A model generated the notes under the pieces. That model saw only the letters and a list, made by a program, of their open reading frames with translations, ran no database searches and was not told the DNA's origin. Positions 10,801 through 20,322 of a DNA stretch of 64,000 nt are shown one piece after another (the stretch's first letter is position 1; each line of letters opens with the position of its first letter). The DNA is from an uncultured Actinomycetes bacterium (GTDB lineage: Bacteria > Actinomycetota > Thermoleophilia > RBG-16-64-13): positions 768,001 through 832,000 of the forward strand of contig CAVPLM010000003.1 of assembly GCA_963706025.1 (NCBI GenBank), read 5' to 3'. Both the position numbers and the translations under genes were made by a program.

Positions 10801-11586
10801 GTCTGGGGCGTCGGCGGCGACGGCTGGGGCTATGACATCGGCTACGGCGGGCTCGACCACGTGCTGGCGTCGAACCGGAACATCAACCTGCTCGTCCTCA
10901 ACACCCAGGTCTACTCGAACACCGGAGGTCAGTGCTCCAAGGCCACGCCCATGGGGGCCGTGGCGCTTTTCGCCGCCGGGGGCAAGCCGATAGCCAAGAA
11001 AGACCTGGCGGCCATCTCTATGACCTATGGCAACATCTACGTGGCTCAAGTGGCCATGGGCTACAGCGATTCGCAGACGGTCAGGGCGTTCACCGAGGCC
11101 GAATCCTACGAGGGACCGAGCCTCATCATCGCCTACAGCCACTGCATCAACATGGGTATCGACATGACCACCGGGTACGACCGGCAGAAGGCCGCTGTCC
11201 AGTCGGGTGTGTGGCCGCTGTTCCGGTTCGACCCGCGCCTCGCCGCTGAAGGCAAGAACCCTCTCCAGATCGATTCCAAAGAGCCGTCGATCCCATTCGA
11301 GGAATTCGCCTACGAGGAAAACCGCTTCAACATGCTCAAGAAATCGCACCCGGAGGCGGCCGGCCTGCTCGCAGATAAGGCGCAGAAACACGTGTGGACC
11401 CGCTGGGAGATACTGAAGCAACAGGCGGGGATGACCTACGACATCGAGTGCCCGTTCGACACCGGTGTGGTCGACGAGACGGCGCTGGCCTCGACCGGCG
11501 CCAAGGAGGTAACCGGCACCATGACCGGGGCCAACTGCCCGGTGGCCTGCGAGGTCGACGCCGCCAAAGAGAACGAAGACAAGTAG
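7900..11586 (+). CDS. nifJ: Pyruvate:ferredoxin (flavodoxin) oxidoreductase, single-chain type
   Basis: DGNEAVA, YPITPSS, EMQSEAGA, two ferredoxin motifs (CIQCGKC, CTGCGAC), GACAGCGE, GGDGWGYDIG TPP motif; AAGGAG RBS and TATAAT at 7860. Confidence 0.97.
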   Translation: MVNSIAMMDGNEAVAYIAHKVNEVIAIYPITPSSPMGEHSDAWSAAGKRNLWGTVPLVVEMQSEAGAAAAVHGALQAGSLSTTFTASQGLLLMIPTMYKVAGELTASCWHVSARSLACQALSIFGDHQDVMAVRQTGFALLASNSVQEAHDLALVGSASTLKARVPFIHFFDGFRTSHEVQKVELLADDILRAMTDEDLVLAHRERAMSPDRPVLRGTSQNPDVYFQGRESVNPYYLACPEIVQEYMDRLAALTGRSYHLFDYAGAPDAERVVVLMGSGADAAHETVDYLTARGEKVGVLKVRLYRPFSIEHFVEALPETVKAVAVLDRTKEPGSSGEPLYLDVVDALAASGRPVKVIGGRYGLSSKEFTPAMVKAVLDELAKPDPKKHFTVGINDDVTHTSLEYDPRFSTEPESVVRALFYGLGSDGTVGANKNSIKIIGEDTPNYAQGYFVYDSKKAGVMTVSHLRFGPQPIKSSYLVDKATFVACHVWAFLEKFDLLAAAVPGATFLLNAPFPTEEVWDKIPREVQQRIIDMDIKVYAINAYEVAKETGMGARINTIMQTCFFYLSSILPQDEAIAAIKTTIKKTYGKRGDKVVQMNYDAVDQAIANLHQLTIPKSPTSAVEKPPVVPDEAPDFVKKVTAMIMAGRGDDVPVSYIPADGTWPTGTTQWEKRNIALEIPVWEPELCIQCGKCSFHCPHATIRTKLYDPVALAGAPASFKSVDAKGKEYAGRKWTVQVAPEDCTGCGACVHICPGKDKADPSRKAINMAFQPPLRESERDNYEFFLGLPDADRSEVRVSSVKGSQLLRPLFEYSGACAGCGETPYLKLLSQLVGDRLLIGNATGCSSIYGGNLPTTPYSTNDEGRGPTWSNSLFEDAAEFSFGLRLTVDKQSEFARELVASLRDTVGAELAEALLESKQADEAEIAAQRERVAALKTKVRAAIKNNGSDPRYGQLLALADYLVRKSVWGVGGDGWGYDIGYGGLDHVLASNRNINLLVLNTQVYSNTGGQCSKATPMGAVALFAAGGKPIAKKDLAAISMTYGNIYVAQVAMGYSDSQTVRAFTEAESYEGPSLIIAYSHCINMGIDMTTGYDRQKAAVQSGVWPLFRFDPRLAAEGKNPLQIDSKEPSIPFEEFAYEENRFNMLKKSHPEAAGLLADKAQKHVWTRWEILKQQAGMTYDIECPFDTGVVDETALASTGAKEVTGTMTGANCPVACEVDAAKENEDK

Positions 11587-11650
11587 AACGGGAGGCGGTC
11601 GCCCCGGTCTCTGGGTCGCGGTGCTATAATCGCCCGGCATTCCGACATAC

Positions 11651-11735
11651 CTTGCTAGGGGAGCGTGTAGCTGAGAGTGTGGCTCTGCCACAGACCCTAC
11701 GAACCTGATCTGGGTAATACCAGCGAAGGGAAGTA
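11651..11735 (+). ncRNA. TPP riboswitch
   Basis: CTAGGGGAGC...GCTGAGA...GACCC..GAACCTGATC.GGGTAATACCAGCGAAGGGAAG consensus; extended -10 TGCTATAAT just upstream; precedes thiamine genes. Confidence 0.95.
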
Positions 11736-11831
11736 ACGGTGATCCGTTTCAGTCCGATCGCCTTCTGACGGCGCCGGCGTCCTTCGGCTCAAGCAGCTTC
11801 GCGTCCCCAGGCTCGAACTGGGAGCTGACCA

Positions 11832-12471
11832 ATGCGTGCTGCCGTCGTGGCAGGATCCAGTCTGGCCACCGAGTTGGACGCCGCTATGCTTGGCCTCCGC
11901 CGATCTGCTGGTGGCGGTGGACGGGGGGGCCGAAGCCCTTGCAAGAGTGGGTCTCGAGCCGGCCTTGCTGGTCGGTGATCTCGATTCCATCAGCGTCCGC
12001 ACCCGGGAAGCTCTCGAGGCCAAGGGAGTGGAGTTGGTGTTGTTGCCGACGGCCAAGGACGAGACCGACACGGAGGCTGCTCTGCGCCTGGTGGCCGATC
12101 GCGGCGCGGATGACATCACCGTGTACGGGGCACTCGGCGGGCCGCGGCTGGACCATCTGGTGGGGAATCTCCTGCTCCTCTCGTCACCCTGGTTGGCAAC
12201 GGTGCGGGTGCGGATGGTCGATGACTGGCACGAAGCCTTCTTGGTCAAGGGGGACAGCACGTTCGACGGCGAGCACGGCGATACCGTCTCTCTGCTTCCT
12301 CTGACCCCGGCGGTGAAGGACGTATGGACCGAGGGTCTGCTCTATCCCCTTCGTGGCGAGTCTCTGTCGCAGTCGACCACCCGGGGAGTCAGCAACGCCA
12401 TGACCGGCGCGGAAGCGAGGGTGATCCATGGTGACGGCGTCCTTCTTCTGATCCACTATCGAGGGAGGTAG
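11832..12471 (+). CDS. thiN: Thiamine diphosphokinase with an apparent +1 frameshift near 11889
   Basis: GGAG RBS and ATG 11832 give MRAAVVAG..., continuing in the +1 frame as ADLLVAVDGGA, VGDLDS, KDETDTEAAL, GALGGPRLDH, GVSN. Confidence 0.85.
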
Positions 12472-12477
12472 ATATCC

Positions 12478-12924
12478 ATGTCGGAGCGCGGGTACTTGAG
12501 CGCGGAGATCCTGGGCTGCCAGTTCGCCGTGTATCCCCTGAGGCAGCCGGACATCGACGGTCCCGTCCAGGCCGCGATCCAGGCGGCGGGCGCCGCTGGC
12601 TGCTCGGTGAGGGTCGGCAATCTCAGCACCCTCATCTCGGGCAGCGAAGACCAGGTGTTCGCGGCGCTGCGGGCGGCGTTCCGCGCCGCGCAGCGCCGCG
12701 GCCCCGCGGTCATGACCGCCACGTTGGCCGCAGGCATGCCTGCCGACGAGCTGGTCGGTGAGATCCAGCGCGACCTGGACGCACGCGGGGAGGCCTCGCC
12801 GGGAACCGCGCTCGTCGACGACTTATCGCCTAGCGGCGACGCACCACCCGCCGGCAGCGGCGCAGCGGGCAGCAGCGGCGCCTCGCCCGGGGGCAGCGGC
12901 GCATCCACCAGGACTGAGATCTAA
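12478..12924 (+). CDS. YkoF-like thiamine/HMP-binding protein
   Basis: CQFAVYPL...SVRVGNLSTLISGSEDQVFAALRAAF; lies in the TPP-riboswitch operon; Gly/Ser/Ala-rich tail. Confidence 0.75.
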   Translation: MSERGYLSAEILGCQFAVYPLRQPDIDGPVQAAIQAAGAAGCSVRVGNLSTLISGSEDQVFAALRAAFRAAQRRGPAVMTATLAAGMPADELVGEIQRDLDARGEASPGTALVDDLSPSGDAPPAGSGAAGSSGASPGGSGASTRTEI

Positions 12925-12947
12925 GCGGAGCCCCGAGGTTGGCTCTC

Positions 12948-13529
12948 ATGTCTACCAGAGACTGGACCACACGGGAGTTGGTAGTAGCGGCCGTTCTGGC
13001 TGTGGCCGTCGGGGTGGTCTTCTGGGGATGGGGCCTGCTCTGGTCGAGCGTGTTCCAGGTCATCCCTTTCCCCTTCTCCTACGCGTTCATCGGGGTGTGG
13101 ATGATCGGAGGCCTGCTCGTCCCCTACGTGATCCGCCGGCCGGGGGCGGCTCTGATGGGCGAGCTGGTGGCGGCCTTCGTCAGCATGGCTCTCGGGAATC
13201 AATGGGGGATCCTGACCATGGCGAGCGGTCTCGTGCAAGGAGCGGGAGCCGAACTTGTATTCGCCGGCTTTCGCTGGAAGCGCTTCGATCGCTCCACCCT
13301 CTACGGTGCAGCTGCGGTGGCCGGAGCCTTCAGCATCCTTCTCGATACCTTCTTGTACAGCTACTACCGCACTTACACGTGGGGCAGCATCCTGGTGGCA
13401 GCCGTTCTGGCCGTCATCAGCTCGGTGGTGCTGGGCGGGGTGGTGTCGCAGTTGCTGGGCGATGCCCTCGCAAGGACCGGCGTCCTCTCCGGTCTCGCGA
13501 TCTCCAAAGGAAAGGTGAGGAGGATCTGA
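12948..13529 (+). CDS. ECF transporter S component, YkoE type (thiamine/HMP)
   Basis: WTTRELVVAAVLAVAVGVVFWGW, IRRPGAALMGELVAA, GLVQGAGAELVF, LARTGVL. Confidence 0.88.
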   Translation: MSTRDWTTRELVVAAVLAVAVGVVFWGWGLLWSSVFQVIPFPFSYAFIGVWMIGGLLVPYVIRRPGAALMGELVAAFVSMALGNQWGILTMASGLVQGAGAELVFAGFRWKRFDRSTLYGAAAVAGAFSILLDTFLYSYYRTYTWGSILVAAVLAVISSVVLGGVVSQLLGDALARTGVLSGLAISKGKVRRI

Positions 13530-15370
13530 CCACACCTGCTCCTCGCTCGGCGATCGCGGCCAACGGGCTGTCTTTCACTTACTCCACCCGGATCGAGCCG
13601 GCACTGGTCGACCTGTCCTTCGCTGTGTCCCCAGGGGAGACCGTGCTGATGCTGGGGCCGAGCGGTTCGGGCAAGAGCACGCTGACCCTGTGTCTGGACG
13701 GGCTTATACCGCACTTGATCGAGGGTGACTACACGGGCGAGGTGGTGGTGGCCGGGCTGGTGGTCGGCGATAGTCCGGTCCACCTGCTGGCCCAGGAGGC
13801 CGGGCTGGTCTTCCAGGACCCCGACGCCCAGTTCTGCACGCTTACGGTGGAGGACGAGATCGCTTTCGGCCTGGAGAATCTGCGCCATCCTCCTGAAGAG
13901 ATCGAGGCGGCTATCGACCGGGCTCTGAGCTGGGTCGGCCTGGAGGGGTATCGTCCTCGCCATCTGGCCACCCTGTCGGGCGGAGAGAAGCAGCGAGTGG
14001 CGCTGGCCGCGGTCCTGGCCATGGGGCCGCGCGTGCTGGTACTGGACGAGCCTTCGGCGAACCTCGATCCCAAGGCCACCTCCGAGCTGTTCCGGCTCCT
14101 GCGGCGACTGGCGAGAGACGGACGACACTCCTTGGTCATCATCGAGCACAAGCTGGACGAGTTGATCGACTGGGTGGACAGCGTGCTGGCGCTCGCCCCC
14201 GGGGGCCGCCTGCTCTTTCGGGGAGATCCGGCTCAAGCCTTCTACGACGACGTAGGCAGGCTCTCCGAAGCCGGGGTGTGGCGGCCACAGACGACCGAAC
14301 TGGTCGCGGCACTGCGCGAGGTGGGCTGGGATGTACCGGGGAGCCCTCTCAGTATCGAAGACACGGCGGCTGCCCTGGCCGAGACCCCAGGCTTGATGGA
14401 TCGACTACGCCAGGTCGGGCAGCAGGGATCCGGGTGGGGGCAGGCCTCCCCGTCCGAGCAGAGGGAGATCCACCTTGAGACACAAGGCCTGAGTTTCCGG
14501 TATCCCGGCGGCCACCCGGCGCTGACCGATATCTCCGTCGCCCTCAGGCGAGGGGATTTCCTGGCTATCGCTGGAGCGAACGGGGCCGGCAAGAGCACCC
14601 TTGCCTCCTTGGTGACGGGAGTGCTGGAGCCGCCGCCGGCCACTGTTTTTCTGGACGGGAAAGACGTGGTGGGCATGTCCACACAGGCTTTGAGTGGCCA
14701 GGTAGGCTGTGTCTTTCAGAATCCAGAGCACCAGTTCGTGAGCAACACGGTATCGGGGGAGCTCGCGTTCAGTCTCTCGCCGAAGGCCGGTCGCAAGGGA
14801 GCCGGCCACCTCACGACCCAGCAGCGGGAACTGGTGGATGACTGGCTCACGCGCCTGGGGTTGCTCCGACTGGCGGAAGCCAACCCGTTCTCCCTCAGCC
14901 AAGGCCAGAAACGCAGGCTGAGTGTGGCGGCCATGCTCATCCGCGGTCAGTCCGCCCTCATCCTCGACGAGCCGACCCTGGGCCAGGACGAGCTCCAGGC
15001 GGCCCGCCTGATGGCGATGATGCAGGAGTTCCGCGCCGGGGGAGGCACAGTTGCCATGATCAGCCACGACATGCGTCTCGTTTCCGAGTACGCGGAATCG
15101 CTCCTCGTCCTGAGTCAGGGCCGGGCCGTCTACCTGGGCAGTCCGGAGAGATTCTTCTCTCAGCCCGGATTGGTGAAAGCCTCGGGTCTGGCCGTCCCGG
15201 CCCTGGGGCGCGTGTGTGCAGTGCTGCACGATCTGGGGGGGACGCCCGCGGGTCTTCACACCGTCGAGGCCTTCCTACGGGCGGCGGGAACCCCGGCCGC
15301 AAGGACCTCGGCTGCAGCTGCCCCGGCCGCAGGAGCCGCCCGAGCGTCTGCGCCGGATGGGGAGGTCTGA
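13526..15370 (+). CDS. ECF transporter tandem ATPase (YkoD type), probable CTG start
   Basis: Two ABC domains (GPSGSGKS/LSGGEKQR/LDEP and GANGAGKS/LSQGQKRR/LDEP); GAGGAGG RBS and CTGA overlap with the S-component stop; start position inferred. Confidence 0.88.
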   Translation: MTTPAPRSAIAANGLSFTYSTRIEPALVDLSFAVSPGETVLMLGPSGSGKSTLTLCLDGLIPHLIEGDYTGEVVVAGLVVGDSPVHLLAQEAGLVFQDPDAQFCTLTVEDEIAFGLENLRHPPEEIEAAIDRALSWVGLEGYRPRHLATLSGGEKQRVALAAVLAMGPRVLVLDEPSANLDPKATSELFRLLRRLARDGRHSLVIIEHKLDELIDWVDSVLALAPGGRLLFRGDPAQAFYDDVGRLSEAGVWRPQTTELVAALREVGWDVPGSPLSIEDTAAALAETPGLMDRLRQVGQQGSGWGQASPSEQREIHLETQGLSFRYPGGHPALTDISVALRRGDFLAIAGANGAGKSTLASLVTGVLEPPPATVFLDGKDVVGMSTQALSGQVGCVFQNPEHQFVSNTVSGELAFSLSPKAGRKGAGHLTTQQRELVDDWLTRLGLLRLAEANPFSLSQGQKRRLSVAAMLIRGQSALILDEPTLGQDELQAARLMAMMQEFRAGGGTVAMISHDMRLVSEYAESLLVLSQGRAVYLGSPERFFSQPGLVKASGLAVPALGRVCAVLHDLGGTPAGLHTVEAFLRAAGTPAARTSAAAAPAAGAARASAPDGEV

Positions 15371-16263
15371 TGCCGGCTCCGGCGACAGAGCGCTCGGCGA
15401 CAGACGGGCCGGCGACAGACCGCTCGGCGGCGCACCGTCCGCCGGCGCACAGCGCCGCAGGGCCTCCGGCGCGGGGGATCACGCCCCAGAGCCACCTGGC
15501 CCGGCGCAATCCGAGCATCAAGTTGCTTGCCGTCATCCTGATCGCTCTTGCGCTCACCTTCATCTTCGACCCCGTCACGCCGGCGGTGCTCTTCCTCCTC
15601 ACTTTCCTTTGCGGCCTGCTTCTCGGAGGCCTCAGCCTGCGGGCTCTGCTTCGTCCTCTTTGGGTGTTCGTACTCGCGGGAGTGGCGATCCTTCTGGCCA
15701 ATGTCTTCTTCAACAAAGAGAACGCCGTCTCTCCGGCCCTGGTCTACATCGGGCCGGTCAAGATCACCGGTCCGGCCCTGTGGGCTGCGGGCACTCTCTG
15801 GGTGCGGTTGCTGTGTTTCGCTCTTCTTTCTATCGTGTTTGTCAAGACCACAGAGCCGCAGCGCCTCATACTCAGCCTGGTGCATCAGGTGCGTCTGAAC
15901 TACCGGGTGGCTTACGGGACGATGGTGGGATATCGCATGCTTCCTACGTTCCAGAGGGACTACCAGACCATACGCGCAGCGCAGCGGGTCCGAGGGGTTG
16001 GGGAGAGGACAGGCTTTCTCCACCTATGGTCACGCGTGCGGCGCTATACGATCCCGTTGCTGGCCGGGGCAGTGCGCAAAGCCGGCCGTACAGCGGTGGC
16101 CATGGACGCCCGGGCCTTCGGCGCCCTGCCGAATCGCACCTACCGGGAGCGCATGGTCGTGCGGTCCTCCGATTGGCTGTTTCTTGCTGCCGCGGTGGCG
16201 GTCACGGCTGCGGTGGTAGTGGGGCTTTGGTACGCGGGCATCACGCGGTTCACGATCGAGTAG
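15370..16263 (+). CDS. ECF transporter T component (YkoC/CbiQ type)
   Basis: NPSIKLL, multiple TM segments, AQRVRG and AMDARAF motifs; TGATG overlap; 15-bp tandem repeats in the N-terminus. Confidence 0.88.
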   Translation: MPAPATERSATDGPATDRSAAHRPPAHSAAGPPARGITPQSHLARRNPSIKLLAVILIALALTFIFDPVTPAVLFLLTFLCGLLLGGLSLRALLRPLWVFVLAGVAILLANVFFNKENAVSPALVYIGPVKITGPALWAAGTLWVRLLCFALLSIVFVKTTEPQRLILSLVHQVRLNYRVAYGTMVGYRMLPTFQRDYQTIRAAQRVRGVGERTGFLHLWSRVRRYTIPLLAGAVRKAGRTAVAMDARAFGALPNRTYRERMVVRSSDWLFLAAAVAVTAAVVVGLWYAGITRFTIE

Positions 16264-16312
16264 CGCCTATGCAGGGGCCGCGTGCGGCCGCGTGCGCCAC
16301 GCGAGCCGTGTG

Positions 16313-18040
16313 CTAGCGGTAGAAGCGTATCTCCGAAAGCTCTACGCCCCACCGGTCCTCGGTGAGTGGCGTCAACTCTGTGAACCACATCCTCCCTGCG
16401 GTCAATGTCTCGCGCAGGGTAATGATCTGGTTCGCATCGCCATCGAGGGTAGCCAGCCGGGCGGCGGGACCGGACGAAATGCTCTGCAGCAGCTCACCCC
16501 TCCACCCTTCGACCGGGGATACGATCTCGACGATGGTAGCCTCCTCTTCGAGGGTGAAGTCGAAGCCGACGCCGCTCTTGAGCCCTCCGAAGGAGGCGGA
16601 CCGGTAGAGTTCGGTGGTCCAACTCGTGCTGTCCTTACCGTCGATCATGTTGGAGAGCGTATCCGGGTTTTCCGTCTCGTCGCCCTCGGGGTCATAGTCC
16701 TTGAGTTCGGTGACTGCCACCGGCGTGGGCTCTCTGCTGACGGTCAAACGGAGCACGTCGTCTTCGGCCTTGGCTTCGGGCGCCGGGTCTTGCGCCAGCA
16801 CGATGCCCGCCTGCTGGTCGAAGGACGGCACCTCGGAGGCGACCTCCACCGTCATCCCCGCATCTGCCGCCAGCTCTTTCGCCTGATCGAGGGTAAGGCC
16901 TTGGACGGCCGGGGCACCGCCGTCCGGCCAGAGGAATATGAGCGCTACCGCAACGATGACGGCGATGGCGGCCAGCGTCCCCAGGATCTTCCATCTGCGG
17001 GCCGCCCGTGACTTGCGCGCCCGGGCCCGCGCCCAGTCGCGGTCCCAGCGGCCTTCACCCGTCCCATCCCCGGCTCCAGAGTACGAATCGTCGGAGGCTC
17101 CCCCGGCAACGTGGCGCGGTCTTCGCTCGTCTTCAGCGCCGCGCCTCTGCTGGCGCTTGTGAGGTGGAGTCACCTCGGCCACGCCTTGGGGTACATACAG
17201 CCCCAGGCCGACGAGGGCGCCCAGCAGTTCGTCCATGGAGACGAACCTGTCTTCGGGCAGCTTCTCCAGACAGCGCATGACCACCTTCTCAAGCCCGGGC
17301 GGCAGGTCGTCTCGAACGGCGGAGAGTGGAGGGGGAGCATTGTTGAGATGCTGGCGGGCGATCTCCGGCATGTTGGTGCCGTCGAAGGGAGGATGGCCGA
17401 CGAGCATCTCGTACAGGACCACCCCGAGCGAATAGATGTCGGTGCGCGCATCCACCGGCTTGCTCCTGATCTGCTCGGGAGACATGTAGCGGGCGCTGCC
17501 GATGATCGAGCCCGCGCGCGTCACCCGTGTCCAATCCGGGCCTGTGGCGATGCCGAAGTCGCTGACCTTGGCGTGGCCGTTCCGGTCGATGAGGATGTTC
17601 TGAGGCTTGATATCCCTGTGCACTATCCCCGCTGCGTGGGCAGCCGCCAATCCCTCGGCTACCTGCCCCGCGATCTGGCCCGCTTCGGACGCGCCCAAAG
17701 GACCCTCGCGCGTCAGTTCTTTGAGCGAGCGACCTTCGACGTATTCGAAGACCAGATAGTCCTCACTATCCGTCGATCCTCGGTCGATGAGGGTCACCAG
17801 ATTGGGATGCGAGAGCTGGGCCAGCGCCCGGCCCTCGCGATCGAACCGGGCCCGGGTGCGGGGATCCTCGTTCAGGGGAGGTTCGAGACGTTTTACAGCC
17901 ACGTTGCGCTGCAACCGGGTGTCCCAGGCCTGGTACACGATGCACATGCCGCCGCGTCCCAAGACCCGTCCCAATCGGTATCGGTTCTTGAGGAGCGGTC
18001 CGGCCGCGCTTTCTTCGGTAGTATCAGGCGTATCAGCCAT
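16313..18040 (-). CDS. Hanks-type Ser/Thr kinase with TM, PASTA and C-terminal beta-sandwich-like domain
   Basis: LGRGGM, VAVK, HRDIKPQN, DFG, YMSPEQ, DIYSLG; TM segment; PAVQGLTLDQAK...VLAQDP PASTA. Confidence 0.92.
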   Translation of the reverse strand: MADTPDTTEESAAGPLLKNRYRLGRVLGRGGMCIVYQAWDTRLQRNVAVKRLEPPLNEDPRTRARFDREGRALAQLSHPNLVTLIDRGSTDSEDYLVFEYVEGRSLKELTREGPLGASEAGQIAGQVAEGLAAAHAAGIVHRDIKPQNILIDRNGHAKVSDFGIATGPDWTRVTRAGSIIGSARYMSPEQIRSKPVDARTDIYSLGVVLYEMLVGHPPFDGTNMPEIARQHLNNAPPPLSAVRDDLPPGLEKVVMRCLEKLPEDRFVSMDELLGALVGLGLYVPQGVAEVTPPHKRQQRRGAEDERRPRHVAGGASDDSYSGAGDGTGEGRWDRDWARARARKSRAARRWKILGTLAAIAVIVAVALIFLWPDGGAPAVQGLTLDQAKELAADAGMTVEVASEVPSFDQQAGIVLAQDPAPEAKAEDDVLRLTVSREPTPVAVTELKDYDPEGDETENPDTLSNMIDGKDSTSWTTELYRSASFGGLKSGVGFDFTLEEEATIVEIVSPVEGWRGELLQSISSGPAARLATLDGDANQIITLRETLTAGRMWFTELTPLTEDRWGVELSEIRFYR

Positions 18041-18126
18041 ACGCTAGTATGAAAGCTCGTGACTCTTGGACATGGAGACAGCAGACACTATCATAGAACT
18101 TATTGGAGCTTTGGAGGAGGCGCCGC

Positions 18127-18327
18127 GTGATCTACTACGTGATCCCCCGCGAACTCGCGGACAGATACTACGAAGAGTTCAAGAAGCGCTTCGAGGGCGT
18201 GGAGGGAGTCGAGGTCATCATCGACCGGCGCGAGGCTGAACGACGCGGGTTGACCGAAGGGGGAGGCAAGCGGGTTCTGCGCGACCGCAGGCGGCGGCGC
18301 ATCAGTGGTTCGTTCCCGGATGTGTGA
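18127..18327 (+). CDS. Small hypothetical protein with a DRRxxERR motif
   Basis: GGAGGAGG RBS, GTG start, coding-like composition, GTGA overlap with the PHP gene. Confidence 0.7.
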   Translation: MIYYVIPRELADRYYEEFKKRFEGVEGVEVIIDRREAERRGLTEGGGKRVLRDRRRRRISGSFPDV

Positions 18328-19067
18328 GGATGGGTGGCTCCGGCCTCAGGCTGGATCTTCACAATCACACGGTCTTCTCCAGTGACGGCCTGCTGTCTCC
18401 GCGCGAGCTCCTGGTAGAGGCCGCCGCCCGGGGGATTTCGTGCATCGCGATCACCGATCACGACACCGTCGAGGGTGCTCTCAAAGCCGCCGGTCTTGCC
18501 GAAGCCGATCCCTTTTTGCCTCGGGTCATCCCCGGCCTGGAACTCTCCACCCGAGCCGGTGAGGTCATCGGTCTCTACATCAGGGAGGACATCCCTGCCC
18601 GCCTCCCCATAGACGAAGCCATCAAACGCATAAGGGGCCAGGGAGGGCTGGTGTACCTGCCCCACCCCTTCGACTGGCTGCGCCGTGGGGCTATCGAACC
18701 GCGCGAGCGGGAGAGGATCGCGGCGCAGTCCGACATCATCGAGGTCGTCAACGGTCGCTCGTTAGGCCCCTGGTGCTCGCGGAGGGCCTATCGTCTGGCG
18801 CGGCAGTTGGGCAAGCCGTACGGCGCGGGAAGCGACGCCCATCGGGCGGCAGAGGTGGGTCTCACATATATCGTGGTCGACGCCGTGCCCACCCGAGACA
18901 CCCTGTTGTCTCTATTGGAGCAGGGCAGAGTGGAAAACGGGCTCAACCCCAAGGAATACACCCTGAATTGGGGTTTCCAGAGCCTGTCCCCGTTTACGCG
19001 GGTCCGGCGCAGACTGACTGCTGCCCGTTCGTCGATTGGCGCCCGTTCCTCACCTCCCGGTCTCTGA
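18324..19067 (+). CDS. PHP-domain metal-dependent phosphoesterase
   Basis: DLHNHTVFSSDG, AITDHD, GLELST, PHPF, GSDAH. Confidence 0.9.
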   Translation: MRMGGSGLRLDLHNHTVFSSDGLLSPRELLVEAAARGISCIAITDHDTVEGALKAAGLAEADPFLPRVIPGLELSTRAGEVIGLYIREDIPARLPIDEAIKRIRGQGGLVYLPHPFDWLRRGAIEPRERERIAAQSDIIEVVNGRSLGPWCSRRAYRLARQLGKPYGAGSDAHRAAEVGLTYIVVDAVPTRDTLLSLLEQGRVENGLNPKEYTLNWGFQSLSPFTRVRRRLTAARSSIGARSSPPGL

Positions 19068-19276
19068 CCTTCAACCCGTTACCCAGTTCCCGCCCGTTCC
19101 CAGACGGCCCTGGTCGAGCGATCTCGGGGGTGCTCCACGGCTGGAGTGAAGACCGGCGGTGAGGGTGTCTTGTTTGTCTCTTGCCATCCCGGGTATTACA
19201 GAGAGCAGAAGAAAACAGGGTAGACCCTCAGCCAGGACTGAGAGATCCGCTCATCGGGTCGAGGAGGGACCAACCG

Positions 19277-20314
19277 GTGGAAAGCCCTCAGGCGCCAGGT
19301 GTCACGCGGGCGGTGCTCTGGGAGGAGTGGCGCGGTGGTCCGCGGGTGCATTGCTTCCTTTGTGCCCATCACTGCCGTATCGCCCCGGGCGAAACGGGCC
19401 TCTGCGGGGTGCGCGAGAACCGGGAAGGCGTGCTCTACACCCTCGTATACGGCTGCCCGGTGTCCACGGCGGTCGACCCCATCGAGAAGAAACCCCTCTT
19501 TCATTTTCTGCCCGGTAGCCTGAGCTTCTCCCTGGCCACGGTGGGATGCAATTTCTCGTGCAGCTTCTGTCAGAATGCCGACGTCAGCCAGATGCCCCGC
19601 GACCAGGGCAGGATCGTCGGCCGGCCCCAGTCTCCCGAACAGGTCGTGGCTGCCGCCCAGGCGGCGGGCTGCCGGAGCATCTCGTACACGTATACGGAGC
19701 CGACGATTTTCTACGAGTATGCCCGCGACTGCGCCCGTCTGGCCACCGCCGCGGACCTCAAGAACGTGTTCGTCACCAACGGCTACATGACGGCCGAGAC
19801 CCTGGCCGACATAGACGGCGACCTGCACGCCGCCAACGTGGATCTCAAGTCTTTCTCGGACGAGTTCTACCGCTCCTTGGTGGGAGCGCGCTTGAAGCCG
19901 GTCCTCGACTCCATCCGCCGGATGTGGGCCATGGGGGTGTGGTTGGAGGTCACCACGCTCCTTATCCCCGGGCGCAACGACGGCGAGGAGGAGCTTCGCT
20001 CCATAGCCTCCTTTCTTGCTTCGATCTCTCCCGATATCCCGTGGCACGTCTCTCGTTTCTATCCCACCTATCGTCTGCTTGACGTGGCCCCCACTCCTCT
20101 CGAGTCGGTGGAGAGGGCCGTTCGCATCGGACGCGGTGAAGGACTTCACTATGTATATGGTGGCAACGTCCCGGGCCATTCATCTGAATCGACGGCATGT
20201 CCCGACTGCGGGGCATTGGTGATCGAACGCCGGGGTTTCGCGCTGCGTAGTAGTCTGGTCGGCGAGGGCCGCTGTCTCTCCTGCGGTCGACAGATCGCCG
20301 GATTGGACCGGTAA
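19277..20314 (+). CDS. amrS: AmmeMemoRadiSam system radical SAM enzyme
   Basis: CFLCAHHC..CGVR, DPIEKKPLFHF, GCNFSCSFCQN, YTYTEP, FVTNG, NVDLK, C-terminal CPDCG/CLSCG; AGGAGG RBS. Confidence 0.93.
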   Translation: MESPQAPGVTRAVLWEEWRGGPRVHCFLCAHHCRIAPGETGLCGVRENREGVLYTLVYGCPVSTAVDPIEKKPLFHFLPGSLSFSLATVGCNFSCSFCQNADVSQMPRDQGRIVGRPQSPEQVVAAAQAAGCRSISYTYTEPTIFYEYARDCARLATAADLKNVFVTNGYMTAETLADIDGDLHAANVDLKSFSDEFYRSLVGARLKPVLDSIRRMWAMGVWLEVTTLLIPGRNDGEEELRSIASFLASISPDIPWHVSRFYPTYRLLDVAPTPLESVERAVRIGRGEGLHYVYGGNVPGHSSESTACPDCGALVIERRGFALRSSLVGEGRCLSCGRQIAGLDR

Positions 20315-20322
20315 AGGGAGGT

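Noticed and set aside
12758-13525. N-terminal 256 aa of the 870-aa ORF
   Set aside because: Overlaps the ykoF-like and S-component genes in other frames; shadow extension of the ECF ATPase
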